Source: a virus. Taken from it: a DNA stretch of 64,000 nucleotides. A program made the position numbers and the translations under genes. The notes under the pieces are model-generated. The model did no database searches and had not been told where the DNA came from. It worked only from the letters and a program-made list of their open reading frames with translations. Below, piece after piece: positions 37,833 to 46,627 of the stretch. The first letter of the stretch is position 1. Each line of letters begins with the position of its first letter. Location: the IMG/VR virus record IMGVR_UViG_3300031753_000002, positions 1 to 64,000 of that record. One strand, 5' to 3'.

Positions 37833-38057
37833 ATGCCTGTCGTCAGTCGAGCCCAAGCTGGCTTTGTCGCCATGAGTAAGACCGCTCAGGGCCGCGCCAA
37901 GTTGCGCGCTCATGGCAAGCGGCCAATGCCGGTCAAGGTCGCGACCGAGTTTCAGACGGCAAGCCGAGGCTTGTCGGTCAAGAGCTTGCCTATGCGCAAG
38001 AAGCGGCCGGCGCACGAAGCCGGCATACACACTGCAACGCGGAGGTCCCGCCTATGA
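37833..38057 (+). CDS. Small basic protein
   Basis: MPVVSRAQAGFVAM...PVKVATEF...LP.RK; GAGG RBS. Confidence 0.6.
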   Translation: MPVVSRAQAGFVAMSKTAQGRAKLRAHGKRPMPVKVATEFQTASRGLSVKSLPMRKKRPAHEAGIHTATRRSRL

Positions 38058-38275
38058 CGACAAAGATCAAGATCGAGAATGATGGTACCAGCAACGGCGA
38101 CGTTGTGGTGCGTGCTTTCAATTCGTGCGAGGGTACGATCGCATTCGAGTTGCTCCCGGGCGAAGCTCGGGAGTTGTGGATCACAGACAATACCGGACTG
38201 TTCGTGACGGAGACGTGGCCGACCAAGAAGCCGAATCCCGATAGTCCGGCGCCAGCCGAGCCCGGCGAGGATTGA
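38054..38275 (+). CDS. Hypothetical protein
   Basis: GGAGG RBS; MTTKIKI...L.PGE. Confidence 0.6.
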   Translation: MTTKIKIENDGTSNGDVVVRAFNSCEGTIAFELLPGEARELWITDNTGLFVTETWPTKKPNPDSPAPAEPGED

Positions 38276-38284
38276 TCCGACCGC

Positions 38285-38299
38285 TAAAAGCCCGGTTGC
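38285..38299 (+). promoter_or_regulatory. Late-promoter motif, copy 2
   Basis: TAAAAGCCCGGTTGC. Confidence 0.55.
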
Positions 38300-38312
38300 A
38301 TATAGAGCCGCG

Positions 38313-38642
38313 ATGGTGAATCAGCGTAAAGTTCGTGCTCGCTCTGTTCGATATCGGGCTGCACATCCGCAACGCGTGCGCGATTCGGATAGATCACGCC
38401 GCGCTCGAAAAATGGGCTATGAACCGCCACCTTCTGAAAAGGATTGTTCGGCACGACCACGTGATGGTCGATGCGATTGTTGTTTACGGCCGACAATACG
38501 ATTTCATTTAGATCACGACCATGTAACCGGCGCGTTTCGCGGCTGGGTTTGTGGTCCGTGCAATCAATCAGCTTTTCCTGATGATCCGGTGCGATTGCGA
38601 GAACGCGCCGATTTTCTGGATCGTAAATTACCTTGGCAGTGA
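38313..38642 (+). mobile_element. Endonuclease VII-family homing endonuclease flanked by the duplicated promoter motif
   Basis: RP.DGRCDCC...HLDHDHVTGAFRGWVCGPCN...DDP.RL...ADFL. Confidence 0.8.
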
Positions 38643-38646
38643 CGGC

Positions 38647-38661
38647 TAAAAACCCGGTTGC
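38647..38661 (+). promoter_or_regulatory. Late-promoter motif, copy 3
   Basis: TAAAAACCCGGTTGC, with TTGCGC-N17-TAAGTT. Confidence 0.65.
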
Positions 38662-38720
38662 GCATAGCTTGGCTCCCAGCTAAGTTATCGCGACGGTTTT
38701 TCTTTATTTTGGAGGTCACC

Positions 38721-39230
38721 ATGGCTGTATCTGGCAGTGGCACGGCAGTCCGTGCAAATAACCCCGACCCGCCGATGGTGGATCAGACCAAGTATGACGC
38801 ACGTTCCGGTGCTCCGAAGCGTCCGCAGACCACGTACCCGGTCAAGTGGGGCATGAAGGATCAGACAACCATGTCCGGCCTCGGCGTAGGTATTGGCGGG
38901 CCAGCCGGCGCGCCGGATGCAAGCTCGCCGAATCCGCTCGACCCGGAGCCCCGCGTCAAGAATTTGCGACGCCAGCCGGTCAAACTCGAAGCCAAGTGGG
39001 GAATGCGCGGAGCGTCGCAGACGGACGGCATGAGTGATAGTCATGTCACCGGCAAGACTCTCGAAACCACGATGCCAGATGGCAGCAAGCTCGGTGCGGA
39101 GGCGATGGCAGGCAAGGTTCTCGGTGAGGCAATTCTCTCGGGATCGAGCAAGCTCCCGGCTTCGCAGAGCGCGAAGACCGACAGTGGTACCGCCCCGAAG
39201 CCTTGGCCGGCGCAAGATCGCGGCGGGTAA
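38721..39230 (+). CDS. Low-complexity protein with two KWGM motifs
   Basis: GGAGG RBS before MAVSGSG; YPVKWGMKDQ and EAKWGMRG. Confidence 0.7.
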   Translation: MAVSGSGTAVRANNPDPPMVDQTKYDARSGAPKRPQTTYPVKWGMKDQTTMSGLGVGIGGPAGAPDASSPNPLDPEPRVKNLRRQPVKLEAKWGMRGASQTDGMSDSHVTGKTLETTMPDGSKLGAEAMAGKVLGEAILSGSSKLPASQSAKTDSGTAPKPWPAQDRGG

Positions 39231-39233
39231 CGT

Positions 39234-39536
39234 ATGCGCGCCGTCCGCAGTACGCGGCCGGGCTACGCGGACCCGAGCAATCCTTGGGCGATCGCCAAGC
39301 AGCCGGCATCTCAAGGCGCTGAGGCGGTCAGTGTCATCGGGCACGGGCATGTTGCGCCTGAATTCGCCGCGGCCGTCATGCATAACGATTTGTCGGATGA
39401 CGAACGCAATTTGATGCAGGGCTACAAACCTACGCCGTTGCCTTGGTCTCAAGTGCCGACCGAAGGGTCAGATACAAATGAGACCGAGGGAGACGGGAGT
39501 GTAAGAGACCCTACAGGACAGGGATTCGGGACATGA
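39234..39536 (+). CDS. Hypothetical low-complexity protein
   Basis: 100-aa ORF in operon. Confidence 0.55.
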   Translation: MRAVRSTRPGYADPSNPWAIAKQPASQGAEAVSVIGHGHVAPEFAAAVMHNDLSDDERNLMQGYKPTPLPWSQVPTEGSDTNETEGDGSVRDPTGQGFGT

Positions 39537-39676
39537 GCCTCATTATTTTGATTATCGTGCTTTTGCTGCTTTTCGGCGGCGCCGGGCATTATTATGGCGG
39601 CCCGGCTTGGGGCGGGGGCGGCATCGGGCTTGTGCTCCTGATTTTGCTTATCCTGTTTTTGTTCGGTCGAATCTAG
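39533..39676 (+). CDS. DUF3309-like small membrane protein (47 aa)
   Basis: MSLIILIIVLLLLFGG..YYG..WGGGGIGLVLLILLILFLFGRI; below the ORF-track cutoff. Confidence 0.7.
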   Translation: MSLIILIIVLLLLFGGAGHYYGGPAWGGGGIGLVLLILLILFLFGRI

Positions 39677-39685
39677 GAGGACGCC

Positions 39686-39838
39686 ATGGCGCCTATCGCA
39701 GCCGTCAAGTTCATTGGTTCGTGGGGATGCATCGTCGGCGCCGTCGTGCTCATGGTGCTCGGGCATGAGACGTTCGGGCTGCCCGGCGTGCTTGCGCTTC
39801 TCTCGATAGCATTTTCTCAAGCCCCGGTGACGTGGTGA
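39686..39838 (+). CDS. Small two-TM membrane protein (50 aa)
   Basis: AGGAGG RBS; two hydrophobic segments. Confidence 0.55.
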   Translation: MAPIAAVKFIGSWGCIVGAVVLMVLGHETFGLPGVLALLSIAFSQAPVTW

Positions 39839-40032
39839 AAGACGCAAAGGGACATGGCAGCGATCCGCGTAATGCCGGCGGATCGAAAGCGTCGCATGAG
39901 CGCGCGGCACCTTCGGTTCGTCCAGCGATTCAGATGATGGCTAAGCACGGGGACCTCTTTGACCCAGCGACGATATCTGAGGCACCCACTACGCACCTAG
40001 CCGCGCACATCGCGCACTTTATGGGACTGTGA
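39835..40032 (+). CDS. KDAKGHGS-tagged small protein 6
   Basis: GTG-KDAKGHGSDPRN; GTGA overlap with the upstream stop. Confidence 0.65.
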   Translation: MKDAKGHGSDPRNAGGSKASHERAAPSVRPAIQMMAKHGDLFDPATISEAPTTHLAAHIAHFMGL

Positions 40033-40038
40033 ACGGCT

Positions 40039-40503
40039 ATGATCCGCGGAAAACGACAATATGGAGCACGGCAGCAATATGGCATTCCCTTTGGAGGATT
40101 GAATTCTACGCGCCCGGCACAGAGCCCCGAAAGTGATTTGCAAAATTTAGGCGGCACGGCGCCGGGGGGATTAGTTGGGTTTCCTGGTGGAAATTCACAA
40201 TGGAACACACCAAACGCCGCAGTGCATGCCGATGCAAATTTGCCGCCCGGCGCAACAGTCAATCCGTTGCACAAGGCGTTGGCGTATAGCCATGCGACGG
40301 CTGCGGATGGCGCACCGGATGTGGCGCGCAACGTACCAATTCACCCCGGCCTTCGGCCGGGCCTGTTCCGCACGGCGAGCGATGCCAATCCGCGCGCCCC
40401 GGACGGGCAGATAACAACGCAGGGGCCGATCGCTCCGAATGGTAGGTACCGCGGCGACTCGCCTGAGATACCGAAGCAGCCGAAAGGCACGTACGTCCGA
40501 TGA
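40039..40503 (+). CDS. G/P-rich low-complexity protein
   Basis: 154-aa ORF in operon. Confidence 0.6.
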   Translation: MIRGKRQYGARQQYGIPFGGLNSTRPAQSPESDLQNLGGTAPGGLVGFPGGNSQWNTPNAAVHADANLPPGATVNPLHKALAYSHATAADGAPDVARNVPIHPGLRPGLFRTASDANPRAPDGQITTQGPIAPNGRYRGDSPEIPKQPKGTYVR

Positions 40504-40892
40504 TAATGCTCTATGTGGCATATGTCGCGACGATACAGGCAATGTGGGAGATTGTGATGGCACAAGAAATCGTTGGTTCTCGGATGCCGACGTTGGCGTC
40601 CGATGCGCTTCACCCGTCCGATCGCGGCTATGGACAGAACGGCTTTGCCGGGCCGTCGAGTGATGAACCGGGACAGAACAGCAAGAGCGGTTTCCTGCCC
40701 GGTGTCGATCTAGCCGCGGCTGTGGCCGATAATGGGCTGCGATCGGCTCCGCAAGAGCTTTCGCGTTCGGGAATGGAGCGTCCGCGGGGTGAGAAGGGCG
40801 GCCACATTCAAGGGCCGCAGACGCGCCACGTCAGCGATGCCGGTTATCCGCCGTCGTTTGGGATGACCTCGCGGTCGCCTCGCGACCGATAA
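40500..40892 (+). CDS. G/P/S-rich low-complexity protein (start may be 40557)
   Basis: GGAG RBS before MAQEIVG. Confidence 0.55.
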   Translation: MIMLYVAYVATIQAMWEIVMAQEIVGSRMPTLASDALHPSDRGYGQNGFAGPSSDEPGQNSKSGFLPGVDLAAAVADNGLRSAPQELSRSGMERPRGEKGGHIQGPQTRHVSDAGYPPSFGMTSRSPRDR

Positions 40893-41088
40893 GACGCGTC
40901 TTATCTTTGCCGCTAACCCTGATAAGGGAAACGTTATCATGCGAAAAGCTCCGCCCCGCCCGGCAACCCCTCAACCTCAAACCCAAGCGGGTCAAGCTGC
41001 GGGCGCGGGCAAGCTAAACCTCGCGAACGCGAGCGCGGCCGGGACAACGGCCGGCTACGCGCTATCGTGAGAGGATGAGAGGCGTTAG

Positions 41089-41391
41089 ATGAGCAAAAAT
41101 AAATCGGCATTGCAAACGGCTTCATCTCCGACTCGTATGACTTTAGCTAACGCCTCAGCGGCGTCAACTACCGCTGGGGCACCGACTCCATTAAGTATGG
41201 GACCACAAGGCGGCCCCGCACTTAGTGTCGGACCGCAGACAAGCCCGAGCCCAAAAGGTTCGAATCAACCACTGCCCGCTTCAGCGCCACGGCCGCCCGT
41301 CGCGCCGCATGGCGGCACCAAGTCTCTCGGGACGCACCAATCCGCCTCGCCGAACAAGAAGGGCAATCCGGTACACGGTATGTCAAAATAA
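41089..41391 (+). CDS. P/S-rich basic disordered protein
   Basis: GAGG RBS; directly upstream of terS. Confidence 0.6.
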   Translation: MSKNKSALQTASSPTRMTLANASAASTTAGAPTPLSMGPQGGPALSVGPQTSPSPKGSNQPLPASAPRPPVAPHGGTKSLGTHQSASPNKKGNPVHGMSK

Positions 41392-41392
41392 G

Positions 41393-41427
41393 GCGCGCAT
41401 GGGCGCGCACGTCGGCATGGGCCGGCG
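41393..41427 (+). promoter_or_regulatory. Tandem C-AUGG-G hairpins in the terS leader
   Basis: GCGCGC-ATGG-GCGCGC and CGTCGGC-ATGG-GCCGGCG. Confidence 0.6.
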
Positions 41428-41447
41428 CAGAAGATTAGGAGGCTGAC

Positions 41448-42182
41448 ATGGGTCAGAACCGGCAAGCCAAATATAGACCCGGCTTTGATAAAAGTTCGCA
41501 TGGGCACGTTCGATCTTCGCAGGCTATCATCGGAGTTGACGCCCGCGGTCGGCCAGTAATTCAGAAGCGTCCCGGCGCCCCCACCAAGTACACCCCCGAA
41601 CTATGTCAACGTATTCTAACCGCTATTGAGCGATGGGCAAACGTGACGCATGCGTGCGCCATGAACGGCATCATATATCCGACGTTTCGGCATTGGCTCC
41701 TAAAAAGTAGGAACGGTCGGGTCGGCGACGGATTCGATGTAGAGTTCGATGGCCGCGTTGATAGGCTCCACGTTCATTATGACGATTGCCTGGACGCGTC
41801 AGTGCAGCGAATCGAAGAAAATCTCATGGATCGTGCAATCGGCTGGAAAGAGGTCCTGACGGATAAGGGCCGTGTGCAATACCAGTTCGATGAAGACTTG
41901 CTTAGTCTCGGGTTCACGGGATACGAGGCGTATCTCCGCGATGAAAACGGCAAACCTATTCCCGAGACTGTGGACAAGCAGGACCCCGAGGTCATGCTCA
42001 TGGTTTTGAAACATTTCCGTCCTGAGCGCTGGACGACGAAGATCGATATGGATGTGACGCACAAGGGCGGCGTCCTTGTAGTCGGTGTGAAGGCAACATC
42101 CGAAGAACTGACTGACCTCGCCAAGAAGGCGCGTGACAACCCGGTTGAGATCGAGTTTCGTGAAGACGGGGAGGACGTGTGA
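41448..42182 (+). CDS. terS: Terminase small subunit
   Basis: GAPTKYTPELCQRIL HTH; AGGAGG RBS; directly upstream of terL. Confidence 0.8.
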   Translation: MGQNRQAKYRPGFDKSSHGHVRSSQAIIGVDARGRPVIQKRPGAPTKYTPELCQRILTAIERWANVTHACAMNGIIYPTFRHWLLKSRNGRVGDGFDVEFDGRVDRLHVHYDDCLDASVQRIEENLMDRAIGWKEVLTDKGRVQYQFDEDLLSLGFTGYEAYLRDENGKPIPETVDKQDPEVMLMVLKHFRPERWTTKIDMDVTHKGGVLVVGVKATSEELTDLAKKARDNPVEIEFREDGEDV

Positions 42183-43729
42183 TGCACACCATCCACGCCT
42201 TTCGCAAAGTCGGGAATGAATACATCCCGCTGGTCTATGACGATCATGGCAAGGAAATCGAAGCTGTGTGGGCGCCGCAGCCCGGTTCGCAAGAGCTATT
42301 TCTCAAGGCGTCTGAAATCGAGGTTCTGTACGAAGGAACACGCGGTCCCGGCAAGACCGACGCTCTGATTATGGATTTTTGTCAGGACGTGGGCAAGGGC
42401 TGGGGCGCGGAATGGAAGGGCGTGCTGTTTCGGCAAACGCATCCACAGTTGAGAGACGTGATCGAGAAATCAAAAAAGTGGATCAAACGTATCTGGCCCG
42501 GCGCTTTCTACAACGAGATCAAATTCTTCTGGGAGTGGGAATCGGGCGAACGCTTGTATTTTTCACATTTCAACGTTCCGTCGCAGTATTCCGACTATCA
42601 CGGCCATGCGTACCCGTGGATCGGCTGGGAGGAATTGACAACGTGGCCGAACCCAGACTGCTTCAAAGTCATGTTCGCATGCTCGCGCTCGACGATAGCA
42701 AAGATGCCGAGAAAAGTCCGGGCGACAACGAATCCCTACGGAGTCGGGCATAATTGGGTAAAGTCACGCTACCGACTGCCTGTGCCGCCGGGCGATATCG
42801 TTGGGCCGGTCATTGCTGATAGCATTGACGATCAAGGAAACCCGGAGCCGCCGCGCCGCGCAGTTCACGGCTACCTCGACGAAAATAAAATTCTTGCGCA
42901 TACGGACCCCGGCTACAAAAGTCGGATTCGGGCTGCGGCTCGAAACGAGAGCGAGCTTCGGGCGTGGCTCGACGGATCGTGGGATATCGTCGCAGGCGGC
43001 ATGTTCGACGATATTTGGTATGAATACAGGCACGCAATCGTGGTGCAGCCTTTCGAGGTTCCGCCGGGATGGAAGATCACGCGGGCGTACGATCACGGGT
43101 CTTCGAAGCCGTTTAGCGTCGGCTGGTATGCTGAGAGCGACGGCACTGATTTGGCATTCCCGGATGGTACTGTGCGCGCCACACTCCGCGGCGATATCTT
43201 TCGGATCAAAGAGTGGTACGGCTGGCGCGGGCAACCGAACGAAGGCTCACGCATGTTGGTCCCCGATATCGCCAAGGGTATCGTCGAGCGGGAAATCAAG
43301 TGGGAATGGCGGGCGCCTGATGGTTCATCCAATCGTGTCAAGCGTGGCCCCGCCGACAGTTCGATCTTCGACGATTCGAACGGCATCAGCATCGCCGAAG
43401 ATTTCGAGAAGCCGATCATGTTCAACGGCGTGAAGCACAAGGGCATCGTGTGGGAGAAAGCCGACAAGGGACACGGGTCGCGCGAACAAGGATGGGAGCA
43501 AATCCGAAAGAGGCTCAAGGCCACGAAGCGTCCGCCGGGCGGCTATCGCGAGGTTCCTGGCCTATTCATTACGAAGGATTGCGTCCATTGGCTTCGCACG
43601 GTTCCTACTCTGCCGCGTGATGAAAAGAAGATCGATGATGTTAATGATGAAGCCGAGGATCACACTGGCGACGAAACCCGATATCGATTGCGTTTTGAAA
43701 GTCGCACCGTGACAAGTAGGAGGGCATAA
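42179..43729 (+). CDS. terL: Terminase large subunit
   Basis: WAPQPGSQ, YEGTRGPGKT, GWEEL, ATTNPYG.GH.WVK, AYDHGS, EDH..DETRY. Confidence 0.93.
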   Translation: MMHTIHAFRKVGNEYIPLVYDDHGKEIEAVWAPQPGSQELFLKASEIEVLYEGTRGPGKTDALIMDFCQDVGKGWGAEWKGVLFRQTHPQLRDVIEKSKKWIKRIWPGAFYNEIKFFWEWESGERLYFSHFNVPSQYSDYHGHAYPWIGWEELTTWPNPDCFKVMFACSRSTIAKMPRKVRATTNPYGVGHNWVKSRYRLPVPPGDIVGPVIADSIDDQGNPEPPRRAVHGYLDENKILAHTDPGYKSRIRAAARNESELRAWLDGSWDIVAGGMFDDIWYEYRHAIVVQPFEVPPGWKITRAYDHGSSKPFSVGWYAESDGTDLAFPDGTVRATLRGDIFRIKEWYGWRGQPNEGSRMLVPDIAKGIVEREIKWEWRAPDGSSNRVKRGPADSSIFDDSNGISIAEDFEKPIMFNGVKHKGIVWEKADKGHGSREQGWEQIRKRLKATKRPPGGYREVPGLFITKDCVHWLRTVPTLPRDEKKIDDVNDEAEDHTGDETRYRLRFESRTVTSRRA

Positions 43730-43884
43730 TGGCTGCGTTGTTAGGTTCTGTAGCTCTTACGGGCGCGGAAAAGAGTGCTCGATATGATGTTAAGCATCGT
43801 ATCGAACGCGCCGAAGACGGCACCGCCGAAGAACATGAAGCGATTGCCGCATGGATGAAAGGGTACTCTCATGGCTCTCGATGA
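43729..43884 (+). pseudogene. Internally deleted homing-endonuclease remnant
   Basis: 51-aa ORF coupled to terL; DGTAEEHEAIAAWM resembles an endonuclease C-terminal helix. Confidence 0.45.
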
Positions 43885-45514
43885 TCGTCATCCTGAATAT
43901 GTGCAAAGACTCGGAGAGTGGATACAATGCCGAGATTGCTACGCTGGGGAGCGAGCAATCAAGCGTAAGCGCTTAGATTATCTTCCTCCAAGTGAGGCGA
44001 TGGTGCAAGACGGAATGACTACACCAACATCCCCAGGCTGGAAAGACTATGAAGCATATCTGACCAGAGCTTACTTTCATGACGTTATGCGAGATGCTGT
44101 GAAAGCAATGGTTGGAATTATGCATATGAAACCCGCCGTCATCAAACTGCCGCCGAAGCTTGCCCCAATGGTGGACAAGGCTACGATCCAAGGCGAGGGC
44201 CTGCAAATGCTCATGCGCCGAATCAATGAGGCGCAGCTTGTGTTCGGCCGCTGCGGCTTGCTTGTTGATGCGCCAACCGGAGTGGACCCCTACAAGGCGC
44301 TTCCCTACATCGCGTTTTACGAACCCGAGCGCATCATCAATTGGGATGCCGGCCGACGCGACGAAGGCCGCAATTTGCTTGAACTTGTCGTGCTCGACGA
44401 AAGTGGGTTTCAGCGCGAGGGCTTCACATGGGTCAACGAGCGCAAACATCGCGTCCTGACGCGCGGCATTCCTGGTTCTCTCGAAAGTGGATGGACCCGC
44501 CCAGAACCTACCGACAAGTTCGCATTGTGCGTCAAAGTCAACGATATGTCGATGCCGATTCCCGACGATTTCATCGTGCCATCGATAGGCGGCCGGCCGA
44601 TGGATGAAATCCCATTCGTCTTCATCGGCGCGACCGATCTTGTGCCTGAGCCGGACCTGCCGCCCTTGCTTGGACTCAGCAATCTCGCGCTTGCGATCTA
44701 CCGCGGCGAAGCCGATTATCGGCAGACGCTTTTCATGCAAGGACAGAGCACTCTCGTTATCATCGGCGGCGCCGCCGACGATGACGACAAGCAGCTTCGC
44801 GTCGGCGCGAAGGGCCTCATTTCCCTCCGCATCGGGGGCGACGCCAAATACATCGGCGTCCCTGCCGCTGGCCTCGGTGAAATGCGGACCTCGCTCAAGA
44901 CTGATCAAGAGAACGCAGCTATGATGGGCGTTGCATTCATGGACGTGGGCAACGCTCGTGGCGAGTCAGGCGAGGCGCTGCGTATCCGCGTCGCTGCACG
45001 CACGACAACGATTTCCGCCATCGCTCAAGCGGCTGGCGCCGGTTTGGAGCAAGTTCTCAAGCTGTGCGCCATATGGGTCGGCGAAGACCCGGACACCGTG
45101 AGCGTGACGCCGCAGACCGATTTCGCGGACCAGAACGTCGCGGGTGCGAGCCTGTTGGCCTTCATGCAAGCGAAGCAACTCGGCTTGCCGCTCAGTCTCA
45201 AGAGCTTGCATCGCATGATGCATCTCAACGACATGACTGAGATGGATTTCGACACCGAGAACCAACAGATCGAAGAAGAAGCCGAGAGCTTGATCGGCAC
45301 AATGGTTCACGGCGCCGCGTTCGGCGTGACCGACGAAACCTTCCTCGATACCCAACAGGGAAGCGGAGCGGACCCGGTAGACCCCGAAGATGCTGCCGCG
45401 ACCATTCCGCCTATCCCGCCGAATCAAAACGTTCCGATCAAGCCGCACACACGCGGCTCGCCCGTTCCGCTCAAACGCAAGGTAGGCAAGAAGGGCGCGT
45501 CCAATGGTAAATGA
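43871..45514 (+). CDS. Portal protein (DUF4055-type)
   Basis: HPEY...W...RD.YAGE..IK...YLP...Y..YL.RA; GRCGLLVD; IPFVF; PPLL.L..L.L; ESGEALRIR. Confidence 0.88.
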   Translation: MALDDRHPEYVQRLGEWIQCRDCYAGERAIKRKRLDYLPPSEAMVQDGMTTPTSPGWKDYEAYLTRAYFHDVMRDAVKAMVGIMHMKPAVIKLPPKLAPMVDKATIQGEGLQMLMRRINEAQLVFGRCGLLVDAPTGVDPYKALPYIAFYEPERIINWDAGRRDEGRNLLELVVLDESGFQREGFTWVNERKHRVLTRGIPGSLESGWTRPEPTDKFALCVKVNDMSMPIPDDFIVPSIGGRPMDEIPFVFIGATDLVPEPDLPPLLGLSNLALAIYRGEADYRQTLFMQGQSTLVIIGGAADDDDKQLRVGAKGLISLRIGGDAKYIGVPAAGLGEMRTSLKTDQENAAMMGVAFMDVGNARGESGEALRIRVAARTTTISAIAQAAGAGLEQVLKLCAIWVGEDPDTVSVTPQTDFADQNVAGASLLAFMQAKQLGLPLSLKSLHRMMHLNDMTEMDFDTENQQIEEEAESLIGTMVHGAAFGVTDETFLDTQQGSGADPVDPEDAAATIPPIPPNQNVPIKPHTRGSPVPLKRKVGKKGASNGK

Positions 45515-45746
45515 GCGAGCGCGTCGGGTCTCGGTTTGGAATGCAGTCATCGCCATCATTGACCAAACCGAGCTTGAAATGCGCGATATCATAGAGCGAG
45601 AGTTCGTCAACACCGCGGGCCTGGACGGGCTTCGGCTCGGCGAGGCCATGACGGCAGCGAACCGCGCCATGAAGCAAATCACGCCGTTGCGCGTTCGGGC
45701 AATCAAGCGCGCGTTCCGATTGATCCGTGACAAGGGCATGGCATGA
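45504..45746 (+). CDS. Hypothetical protein (possible minor head protein fragment)
   Basis: Overlaps the portal stop; helical. Confidence 0.5.
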   Translation: MVNERARRVSVWNAVIAIIDQTELEMRDIIEREFVNTAGLDGLRLGEAMTAANRAMKQITPLRVRAIKRAFRLIRDKGMA

Positions 45747-46627
45747 CCTTCGACCCGAACGAAGCACGTGACTATCACGGCCGCTGGACGGCTGGGAGCG
45801 GGAGCGTGGCGGAAGCACAGGCGCAGGCCATGAAGATTGCCGGCGGGCGCCAGCCGCTCGCCGGACTGCTGCAGAAGCCTATCAAGCTCGGCGACGAATG
45901 GTATGTGCCCGGCCCGAACGCGCGTATCGCCGACGCGGCTGAAGCGTACATGAAGGCCGCGGGCCTGCCGTATGATCCGCCAAAGACTTACCAGAAGGTT
46001 GACTCCGAGCGCGCCACGAAGATCGCGCAAGCCTTTGAAGACATGAAGCATGATCCGAACGACCCGGCCGTCAAGGCATCTTATGAAGCGATGGCGCGTG
46101 AAACCCTCGCCCAATGGCAGGCGCTCAAGGCGACTGGCCTTCAAGTCGAGTGGATCAAGCCCGGCCAGCCGGACCCCTATGCAGACAGTCCACGTCGCGC
46201 CGCGATGGATATGAGTCTGCATAATCATTGGTGGGGCTTTCCGACCGACATGGGCTTTGGCACTGGACCCGAAGCCGAGAAGGCCATGAAGGATAACCCG
46301 TTACTCGCGCCGACCAATGAGGTTGTAGGTGGGCGCCACTTGGTCGTCAACGATGTGTTCCGAATCGTGCATGACCAGTTCGGGCATTTCAAAGAGGGCA
46401 ATGGCTTCCGGGCGGACGGCGAGGAAAACGCGTGGCGCTCGCACGTGGCGATGTATTCGCCGCTTGCCCGCGGCGCGATGACCTCCGAAACTCGGGGGCA
46501 AAATTCGTGGGTAAATTTTGGGCCGTATGGGGCGGCGAACAAGCACGCGAGCGCGGCCGATACTCACTACGCCGATCAAAAGGTCGGTCTCATGCCGGAA
46601 TGGACCCGGACTGAGGGTGCGAAATGA
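45743..46627 (+). CDS. RDxHGRWT-tagged protein with an HDxxGH metallo-domain
   Basis: MTFDPNEARDYHGRWT; NDVFRIVHDQFGH...GF...GEENAW..H..M. Confidence 0.75.
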   Translation: MTFDPNEARDYHGRWTAGSGSVAEAQAQAMKIAGGRQPLAGLLQKPIKLGDEWYVPGPNARIADAAEAYMKAAGLPYDPPKTYQKVDSERATKIAQAFEDMKHDPNDPAVKASYEAMARETLAQWQALKATGLQVEWIKPGQPDPYADSPRRAAMDMSLHNHWWGFPTDMGFGTGPEAEKAMKDNPLLAPTNEVVGGRHLVVNDVFRIVHDQFGHFKEGNGFRADGEENAWRSHVAMYSPLARGAMTSETRGQNSWVNFGPYGAANKHASAADTHYADQKVGLMPEWTRTEGAK

